The notes below the pieces were generated by a model. It was not told where the DNA came from and did not search any database. It saw nothing but the letters and a program-made list of their open reading frames with translations. The position numbers and the translations under genes were made by a program. From Clostridiaceae bacterium (lineage in GTDB: Bacteria > Bacillota > Clostridia > Clostridiales > Clostridiaceae), in the NCBI GenBank assembly GCA_031549525.1, contig JAVBPQ010000060.1, positions 6,501 through 70,500 of the forward strand: a DNA stretch of 64,000 nucleotides, given 5' to 3'. Below, one piece after another: positions 57,560 to 64,000 of the stretch. Position 1 is the first letter of the stretch. Each line of letters opens with the position of its first letter.

Positions 57560-57705
57560 AGAACTCCCCTTAATCAGTATAACTGTGCTAAAACTGTATT
57601 AATTATATCATTAGTTTTCTTAAGAATCAAAATAACCCATTAACTTTTTAGGAATTATAGGATAAAATGTTTATAGATTGTTTGAATGAAAGGAATGTGA
57701 TAATT

Positions 57706-58182
57706 ATGGATTTTACAAAGGATATGTCCGTTGCAATGAAATACCTTACTACATCTGGAGCTTTTTTGTCTTCTAAAAGTGAAGATGGGGTAAATACAAT
57801 GACCATTGCTTGGGGATTCATTGGATTTATGGTGAATAAACCATATTTTATTGCTCTTGTTAGACCTCAAAGATATACTAAGAAGATTTTAGATAAATCA
57901 AAAAGTTTTACTGTCAGCGTACCTTACGATAAATTAAAAGAAGAATTGAACATATGCGGTGTAAAATCAGGTGCTGATTTTGATAAAAGCAAGGTTGTGA
58001 AATTTTTAGATGCTAAATCTGTAGATAGCGTAATAGTTGATGGATGCGATATTTATTATGAATGTGTTATAAGAATGGTAGATAAATTAGAAGGGGAGCA
58101 ATTACCAGAAGATATTAAAGGCAAATTCTATAAAAATGATTATCATTATCTATATTTTGGAGAAATAGTTGATTGTTATTAA
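57706..58182 (+). CDS. flavin reductase-like (FMN-binding split barrel) protein
   Basis: VNTMTIAWG.IG......F.ALVRP.RYT pattern. The start could also be 57667. Confidence 0.65.
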   Translation: MDFTKDMSVAMKYLTTSGAFLSSKSEDGVNTMTIAWGFIGFMVNKPYFIALVRPQRYTKKILDKSKSFTVSVPYDKLKEELNICGVKSGADFDKSKVVKFLDAKSVDSVIVDGCDIYYECVIRMVDKLEGEQLPEDIKGKFYKNDYHYLYFGEIVDCY

Positions 58183-58195
58183 AATTTATTAAATT

Positions 58196-58230
58196 AAGGG
58201 CTGCTTTAAAACTAATCTAAAGCAGCCCTT
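58196..58230. terminator. bidirectional terminator
   Basis: Perfect 13-bp stem AAGGGCTGCTTTA / TAAAGCAGCCCTT. Confidence 0.75.
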
Positions 58231-58236
58231 TATATA

Positions 58237-58683
58237 TTATTCTATGTTGATATCTATAGGGTGAATCTTGTTATCTTGTTTTTTAACAGTTATGGTCAAT
58301 ACACCATTATCAAGTTTTGCCTTGATATCGTCAGGTTTAGCATCTGATAGGTACATGGACCTAGACATTGATAAATAATGCCTTTCTCTGTGAATGTAGT
58401 TTTTGGTATCTTTATCAGCTTTTTCTTCTCTTTTTATAGAGATTGTAAGCCTCCCATCAGTAAGGTTTAAACCAATCTCTTCTTTTTTAACACCAGGAAC
58501 CTCAGCCTCAATTAAGTATTCATTGTCAGTTTCTTGAATGTCGACTTTAAAAGTATCTTTTGTAAGACTTCGTCTTGACGGCAAGCTTCCACTAAAGAAG
58601 TCGTCTATCATGTCATAAAAGTCTTCAAAATCTGAATTTAATAAACTAGAATTTTTCCTGTTAAATGGAACTAATCCTTTCAT
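58237..58683 (-). CDS. Hsp20/alpha-crystallin small heat-shock protein
   Basis: FKVDIQETDNEYLIEAEVPGVKKEEI...GRLTISIKREE...NGVLTITV pattern. I place the start at the ATG 9 nt after AGGAG. Confidence 0.85.
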   Translation of the reverse strand: MKGLVPFNRKNSSLLNSDFEDFYDMIDDFFSGSLPSRRSLTKDTFKVDIQETDNEYLIEAEVPGVKKEEIGLNLTDGRLTISIKREEKADKDTKNYIHRERHYLSMSRSMYLSDAKPDDIKAKLDNGVLTITVKKQDNKIHPIDINIE

Positions 58684-58721
58684 ACATAACAACTCCTTTC
58701 CTTAATAATTATTTTTTGATA

Positions 58722-58748
58722 TTAGCACTCATTAACGGAGAGTGCTAA
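58722..58748. promoter_or_regulatory. CIRCE operator (HrcA binding site)
   Basis: TTAGCACTC-attaacgga-GAGTGCTAA is a perfect match to the TTAGCACTC-N9-GAGTGCTAA consensus. It lies between the promoter and the hsp20 RBS. Confidence 0.85.
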
Positions 58749-58759
58749 TATATACTTTT

Positions 58760-58787
58760 GTTATATCACAATAATTTTAAAAGTCAA
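58760..58787 (-). promoter_or_regulatory. sigma-A type promoter of hsp20
   Basis: On the minus strand: TTGACT, a 16-nt spacer, then TATAAC with an upstream TG, 11 nt before CIRCE. Confidence 0.55.
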
Positions 58788-58942
58788 TAGGTTATGAAAA
58801 AATTTTAATTGTTAAAACTTATACAATTAGAATAATATATTTGGATGATATTATAAAGCAAACGTTTGCGATTTTTTTATTGACATGAAAAAGTCTTCAA
58901 TCTATAATAAACCTATAATTATTTATTTATGAGAGGGAAATA

Positions 58943-59725
58943 ATGATGAAAAAATCTGCATGCATTGAAATGCTTTCTCCAAAAATTGATTTTTATGATA
59001 GGTTTAAGACTGCTAAAGAATCAGGCTTTAAATCAGTTGAATTTTGGACATGGCAAGAAAAGGATGTAATTAGAATTAAAAATATTTGTGAGGAGCTAGA
59101 ACTTGAGATTTCTTCTATATCTGGTGATGAGAGTTATTCTCTCTGTGATCCAAAGCATTATGATAAGTATATGGAATTTGCGATTAAGTCCTTTGAAGTT
59201 GCAAAAAATTTAGGTGCAAAATGTTGTGTTATGCATTCTAATGCCCTTGGTGAAGGTGGAGTTGTAATCGATCACTATGATAATTTAAGTAGTGCGACTA
59301 AATATGCACAGGTTTACAAAGGTTTATCAAATCTTGTTCCCTATGCTGAAAAAGCAGGTGTAAGGATGGTTATTGAGCCATTAAATGCTTTTTTGGACCA
59401 TAAGGGAAATTTTTTAGTCAATACATATGATGCAGTTGATATTATAAAAATTGTAAATTCCCCTTATTGCAAGGTGCTTTATGATATTTATCATATGCAG
59501 ATAATGCACGGAAATATCATCGAAACTCTTCGTTCATGTATAGATTACATTGGACATATACATGTAGCAGATGTGCCTGGAAGGCATGAACCAGGAACTG
59601 GTGAAATAAATTATAGAGCAATTTTTGATGAGCTAAAAACGCTAAATTATACTGATTATATAGGATATGAGCTTTCACCTAAGGATTTATATGAAGATGC
59701 TGTGAAAGCGATTATGGCTTTTTAA
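58943..59725 (+). CDS. hydroxypyruvate isomerase-like TIM-barrel protein (xylose isomerase-like superfamily)
   Basis: 260 aa. Family pattern: C.EM......F..RF..A...GF..VEFW......HS....E.LN...........HV.D.PGRHEPGTGEINY. The exact substrate is not inferable. Confidence 0.6.
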   Translation: MMKKSACIEMLSPKIDFYDRFKTAKESGFKSVEFWTWQEKDVIRIKNICEELELEISSISGDESYSLCDPKHYDKYMEFAIKSFEVAKNLGAKCCVMHSNALGEGGVVIDHYDNLSSATKYAQVYKGLSNLVPYAEKAGVRMVIEPLNAFLDHKGNFLVNTYDAVDIIKIVNSPYCKVLYDIYHMQIMHGNIIETLRSCIDYIGHIHVADVPGRHEPGTGEINYRAIFDELKTLNYTDYIGYELSPKDLYEDAVKAIMAF

Positions 59726-59772
59726 ATTTAAGCTTTAATCGTTTAAACTAACTTAGTAAAGGGGGTGAGACT

Positions 59773-61305
59773 ATGGAAAATATCTTAGAAATGGTAAATA
59801 TTGAAAAAGAATTTCCAGGTGTTAAAGCTTGTAAAAAGTGTAAGCTTGAGCTTAGAAAAGGTGAAGTTCATGTCCTCTTAGGGGAAAATGGCGCAGGTAA
59901 ATCTACGCTTATGAAGATTTTAGTTGGAATAGAACAAAAGGATGCAGGGAAGATAATTTACAGAGGAAAAGAAGTTAATTTTCAAAATTATAAACAGTCA
60001 GAGGAGAATGGTATTGGTATTATTTATCAGGAATTTAATTTAATACCTAAGCTTTCAGTTTGTGAAAACATTTTTATAGGTAAACAGCCTACAAAAAATG
60101 GGCTTGTAAGCTGGAAGAAGATGCAAGAGGAAGCAAAAAAAATCTTAGATTCTCTCCAGGTTAATATAGATGTTAATGCAAAGATCGAAGATTTAGGAGT
60201 TGCTCAGCAGCAAATGGTTGAAATAGCAAAGGTTCTATCCATTGATGCTAATATAATTATTATGGACGAGCCTACATCTGCACTTACAGAAAAAGAGATA
60301 GATAAGCTCTTTGAAACCATTAAACGCTTAAAGGAACAAGGAGTTTCTATTATCTATATATCACATCGCATGGAGGAGATTGCTAAAATAGGAGATCGTG
60401 CAACTATCATGCGAGATGGAGAGTATATAGCTACAGTAGAGTTTGGGTCAGTTACCATGGATGAGATCATAAATTTAATTGTTGGAAGAACCCTTAGTGA
60501 AAAATATCCAAAAGAAGAACATAAGCAAGGTAAACTTATTCTTAAAGCATCTCATATTAAATCAGGTTCCATGGTTAAAGATGTTTCTTTTGAAGTGTAT
60601 GAGGGGGAGATTGTTGGATTTGCTGGACTTATGGGGGCAGGAAGGACTGAGACCATGAGGGCAATTTTTGGAGCAGACATCATGGAAAAAGGAGAGGTTT
60701 TTATAGATGATAAGAAGGTCAATATAAGATCTCCAAAAGAAGCTATAGATAATGGCATTGGATTTTTAACTGAGGATAGAAAAAATCAAGGTTTAGTTTT
60801 AAATATGTCCGTAAAAGAGAATATCACTTTGACAAATTTAAAGGAACTTATAGATAATGGCATATTTCTTAATTTAAAAAAAGAAGTTTCTATAGCAAAA
60901 AAACTCTCTGATGATTTAACTGTTAAAACACCAAGTGTGGAACAAAAAACGAAGAACCTATCAGGTGGCAATCAGCAAAAAGTGGTCCTTGCAAAATGGA
61001 TAAATAGGGACTGCCGCATTTTAATTTTTGATGAACCTACAAGAGGTATCGATGTTGGTGCTAAAAGTGAAATTTATAAATTGATGAATAAGCTTTGTAA
61101 TAAAGGTATTGCAATCATTATGATTTCCTCTGAGCTTCCTGAAATCATGGGTATGAGTGATAGAATCTATGTAATGCACGAAGGCTTGATTACAGGTGAG
61201 GTTAAAAGTACTGAAGCTGATCAGAACAAACTTATGAAATATGCCATAAATGAATTAAATGATTTTAAAAATAAATATGCTACAGAAAGAGAGGTTTCCC
61301 AATGA
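59773..61305 (+). CDS. sugar ABC transporter ATP-binding protein (CUT2, duplicated NBD, RbsA-like)
   Basis: Two Walker A sites (GENGAGKST, GLMGAGRTE), two signature motifs (the second is LSGGNQQK) and two Walker B sites (IIMDEPT, LIFDEPT). Confidence 0.85.
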   Translation: MENILEMVNIEKEFPGVKACKKCKLELRKGEVHVLLGENGAGKSTLMKILVGIEQKDAGKIIYRGKEVNFQNYKQSEENGIGIIYQEFNLIPKLSVCENIFIGKQPTKNGLVSWKKMQEEAKKILDSLQVNIDVNAKIEDLGVAQQQMVEIAKVLSIDANIIIMDEPTSALTEKEIDKLFETIKRLKEQGVSIIYISHRMEEIAKIGDRATIMRDGEYIATVEFGSVTMDEIINLIVGRTLSEKYPKEEHKQGKLILKASHIKSGSMVKDVSFEVYEGEIVGFAGLMGAGRTETMRAIFGADIMEKGEVFIDDKKVNIRSPKEAIDNGIGFLTEDRKNQGLVLNMSVKENITLTNLKELIDNGIFLNLKKEVSIAKKLSDDLTVKTPSVEQKTKNLSGGNQQKVVLAKWINRDCRILIFDEPTRGIDVGAKSEIYKLMNKLCNKGIAIIMISSELPEIMGMSDRIYVMHEGLITGEVKSTEADQNKLMKYAINELNDFKNKYATEREVSQ

Positions 61306-62237
61306 AAGGGTCATTTAAAATTCAAAAAGAACTGGGTACTCTTGCAGCACTATTAATTATGTGTTTTATTCTTGCAATCATAAGCCCAACATTTAGGACA
61401 TTCGATAATATCATAAATATTATGCTTCAGTCTTCCATCAATTCTATACTTGCATTTGCAGTACTTCTTACCATAATTATTGGTGGAACGGATTTGTCTA
61501 TAGGTTCTATTTTAGCCTTTGCTGGTATTTGCATGGCAATTGTAATAAGGGATTTTAAAATTCCTGTTATACTTGCAATGATATTTGCCATAGCAATAGG
61601 TGCAGCCATGGGATTTTTAAATGGGATCTTTGTTACAAGGTTAAAACTTGCTCCCTTTATGGCTACATTAGGTATGATGATGATTGGCCGTGGTCTTACG
61701 CTTGTTGTATCAGAAGGTAAACCAGTTTCAGGTATGCCTGAGGCTGTGAGATTTCTTGGGAAACAGAAGATATTTGATAGCATTCCTGTCCCTGTAATCA
61801 TTACGTTTATTATGCTCTCAGTTACTTGGACGATTTTAAAGTATACAAGATTTGGCAGAACTCTTTATGCAATTGGTGGCAATGAGGAAGCTTCAAGGTT
61901 ATCTGGCATTAATGTTAAAAAAATGAAGACTTTAGTTTTTGTATGGAGCGGTGCTCTATCTGGACTTGCTGGCATTATTTTAGCTGGTCGTTTAAATTCT
62001 GCACAAGCAGTAGCAGGTCAAGGTTATGAATTAGAGGCTATAGCTGCTGCAGTAATTGGTGGGGCAAGCCTTTCAGGTGGAGAGGGGACAGCTTTTGGAG
62101 CATTTTTAGGGGCTTTAGTCATGGGGGTATTGAGAAATGGTTTAAACCTCATGTCTGTTTCTCAGTTTTGGCAGCAGGTTGTAATTGGTATTGTCCTTGT
62201 TGCAGCAGTGGCCTTAGATAATTTTAGGAAAAAATAA
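61302..62237 (+). CDS. sugar ABC transporter permease (RbsC-like)
   Basis: 311 aa, multiple TM segments. The GGTDLSIGS and T..GR.LYAIGGNEEA.RLSGI motifs are typical of CUT2 permeases. Confidence 0.85.
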   Translation: MKGSFKIQKELGTLAALLIMCFILAIISPTFRTFDNIINIMLQSSINSILAFAVLLTIIIGGTDLSIGSILAFAGICMAIVIRDFKIPVILAMIFAIAIGAAMGFLNGIFVTRLKLAPFMATLGMMMIGRGLTLVVSEGKPVSGMPEAVRFLGKQKIFDSIPVPVIITFIMLSVTWTILKYTRFGRTLYAIGGNEEASRLSGINVKKMKTLVFVWSGALSGLAGIILAGRLNSAQAVAGQGYELEAIAAAVIGGASLSGGEGTAFGAFLGALVMGVLRNGLNLMSVSQFWQQVVIGIVLVAAVALDNFRKK

Positions 62238-62266
62238 AAATTAAATAAAAGAAAGGAATAGAATTT

Positions 62267-64000
62267 ATGAAAAGAAAAAGAATAGCGATTTTAGGAATTT
62301 TAGGTTTAGCAGTTTCAATGCTTTCTGGATGTTCACCTACTACAGAGGGATCTTCATCTACTACATCAGCACCTGCTTCAACGACTTCAGCTCAAGCTTC
62401 AACTACATCAGCACCTTCAACAACGTCAGCACCAGCTAGCGCAGAAAAGCGTATTGCAGTTGTATGTAAAGCTTTAGATTCTGAATTTTGGATGGATGTT
62501 AAAAAGGGAGCTGAGGATGCTGGTAAAGAACTTGGTGTAACTGTTTATGTAGCAGCACCTGATAAAGAATCAAACGTTGAAGGTCAGTTTAAGATCATAG
62601 AAGATTTAATTCAACAAAAGTATGACGCAATATGTGTTGCACCTTGTGATTCTACAGGAGTAATTCCAATTATTGAAGATGCTAATACAAAAGGAATCAA
62701 AATTTTAACAGTAGATACTGATGCTGACACAGATAAAAAGCTTTCATTTGTAGGAACAGATAACAAGGCTGGCGGAAAGATGGCAGGAGAAGAGATGATA
62801 AAGCTTCTGTCAGGAAAAGATGGTGCAAAGGTTGCCATGATTACAGGTGTTCCAGGACAACAGACTATGAGAGATAGAGCAGATGGATTTAAAGAAGCTA
62901 TTGAAGGATCAAAATTAGAATTAGTCGATGAGCAACCTGCAAACTCAGATCCAGGACTTGCTATGACAGTTATGGAAAATATGCTCACAACTCACCCAGA
63001 TCTTGACGGAGTATTTATTTTAAATGCTACAATGGCAGTTAGTTCATTAGAAGCTGTTGACAATGCAGGAAAAACAGATTTAAATATAATTGGTTTTGAC
63101 TCATCAACAGATGCCCTTCAAGCTGTTAAAGATGAAAAAATTAAAGGTGTAGTAGCTCAAAGTCCTTATAATATGGGAAAATTTGCTGTTGAAAATGCAT
63201 TTAAATCTCTAAATGGTGAAAATATATCAAATAGAATAGATACAGGAACTGATATGATAACATCTGAAAATGTAGACAAATATTTAAGTGGAGGTACACC
63301 ATCAACCAATACAGCAAATGGAAAGCGTGTTGCAGTTGTATGCAAGGCTTTAGATTCTGAGTTTTGGATGGATGTTAAAAATGGTGCTGAAGAAGCTGGA
63401 AAAGCTCTTGGTGTTACTGTTTATGTAGCAGCTCCTGATAAGGAATCAAATGTTGAAGGACAGTTTAAGATAATAGAAGATTTGATTCAGCAAAAGTACG
63501 ATGCAATATGCGTTGCACCTTGTGATTCTACAGGAGTAATTCCAATTATTGAAGATGCTAATGCAGAAGGAATTAAAATTTTAACAGTGGACACAGATGC
63601 TGATACTGACCAAAAGCTTTCATTTGTAGGAACAGATAATAAAGCTGGCGGAAAGATGGCAGGAGAAGAGATGATAAAGCTTCTATCAGGAAAAGATGGT
63701 GCAAAGGTTGCCATGATTACAGGTGTTCCAGGACAACAGACTATGAGAGATAGAGCAGATGGATTTAAAGAAGCTATTGAAGGATCAAACTTGGAATTAG
63801 TCGATGAACAACCTGCAAACTCAGATCCAGGACTTGCTATGACAGTTATGGAAAATATGCTCACAACTCACCCAGACCTTGATGGAGTATTTATTTTAAA
63901 TGCTACAATGGCAGTTAGTTCATTAGAAGCTGTTGACAACGCAGGAAAAACAGATTTAAATATAATTGGTTTTGATTCATCAACAGATGCTCTTCAAGCT
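62267..64000 (+). CDS. lipoprotein with two tandem ribose-type (PBP1) sugar-binding domains; 3' end beyond the window
   Basis: The frame is open from ATG 62267 to the window end and is absent from the ORF track because no stop is reached. It has lipobox LSGC and an S/T/A/P-rich linker, then KRIAVVCKALDSEFW...DKYLSGG, then again KRVAVVCKALDSEFW... Confidence 0.85.
   Translation, partial: MKRKRIAILGILGLAVSMLSGCSPTTEGSSSTTSAPASTTSAQASTTSAPSTTSAPASAEKRIAVVCKALDSEFWMDVKKGAEDAGKELGVTVYVAAPDKESNVEGQFKIIEDLIQQKYDAICVAPCDSTGVIPIIEDANTKGIKILTVDTDADTDKKLSFVGTDNKAGGKMAGEEMIKLLSGKDGAKVAMITGVPGQQTMRDRADGFKEAIEGSKLELVDEQPANSDPGLAMTVMENMLTTHPDLDGVFILNATMAVSSLEAVDNAGKTDLNIIGFDSSTDALQAVKDEKIKGVVAQSPYNMGKFAVENAFKSLNGENISNRIDTGTDMITSENVDKYLSGGTPSTNTANGKRVAVVCKALDSEFWMDVKNGAEEAGKALGVTVYVAAPDKESNVEGQFKIIEDLIQQKYDAICVAPCDSTGVIPIIEDANAEGIKILTVDTDADTDQKLSFVGTDNKAGGKMAGEEMIKLLSGKDGAKVAMITGVPGQQTMRDRADGFKEAIEGSNLELVDEQPANSDPGLAMTVMENMLTTHPDLDGVFILNATMAVSSLEAVDNAGKTDLNIIGFDSSTDALQA
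62447..63322 (+). repeat. tandem direct repeat, copy 1 (876 nt = 292 codons)
   Basis: Homology to copy 2 starts at AAGCGT (62447 versus 63323) and continues to the window end at a constant offset of 876. Confidence 0.9.
63323..64000 (+). repeat. tandem direct repeat, copy 2 (truncated by the window end)
   Basis: Same as copy 1. The last bases GATGCTCTTCAAGCT correspond to GATGCCCTTCAAGCT, which ends at 63124. Confidence 0.9.

Noticed and set aside
62611-62988. 125-aa minus-strand ORF; a near-identical twin lies at 63487..63864.
   Set aside because: Both lie antisense to the strongly supported binding-protein frame. Their 876-nt spacing simply mirrors the tandem duplication. They are low-complexity S/P/A-rich translations and have no RBS.
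62447-64000. Could the two near-identical units be a DGR template/variable repeat pair?
   Set aside because: - The differences are not restricted to adenine positions (for example T to C, G to T and G to A changes occur).
- Both copies are in one reading frame.
- No reverse transcriptase gene is nearby.
1-64000. CRISPR arrays, IS elements, integrases, restriction-modification or other recognisable defence genes.
   Set aside because: I found none on inspecting the ORF translations and intergenic regions. The only long nucleotide repeat is the intragenic 876-nt duplication.

Overview
This is a low-G+C, Clostridium-like chromosome segment from a spore former; gene calls rest on motif recognition by eye, with no searches run. 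Most of the window is housekeeping:
- an ispH-S1 fusion (5' end outside the window), speH, adenine deaminase, the DppA and PepP peptidases, and selU;
- a compact 8-gene aro operon (aroF-aroB-aroA-aroC-CM-aroE-aroK-aroQ);
- a cyclophilin lipoprotein, rex, one tRNA-Arg(UCG) and dhaKLM;
- ylxM-ffh-rpsP-KH and speE;
- spoIIAA-spoIIAB-sigF followed by spoVAC/AD/AE;
- psuK-psuG with an Nfo-like gene, and a CIRCE-controlled hsp20.

The accessory or unusual content is:
1. A four-gene ABC-transporter-dependent glycan module at 28000-34416. It has wzm/wzt-like genes, a roughly 1020-aa methyltransferase / coiled-coil / GT2 / GT2 fusion, and a possibly WsaF-like GT-B-type glycosyltransferase.
2. A roughly 700-bp gene-less stretch directly after that module (34417-35118) with two strong hairpins and its own intrinsic terminator.
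3. A CUT2 sugar ABC importer (59773-64000). Its lipoprotein binding component is an in-frame tandem duplication with an 876-nt period, it runs off the window, and it is missing from the ORF track.
4. A segment at 5053-10470 with an orphan phage-type amidase, a URO-D-family gene, a 49-codon ORF, a GPH transporter and an N-terminally truncated ParB-like gene.
5. An LPXTG surface protein with six tandem beta-sandwich repeats.

I saw no CRISPR array, IS element, integrase or recognisable defence gene. I cannot point to one clearly new system. The best candidates are the glycan module with its built-in putative ruler, the tandem binding protein, and the orphan structured non-coding locus.
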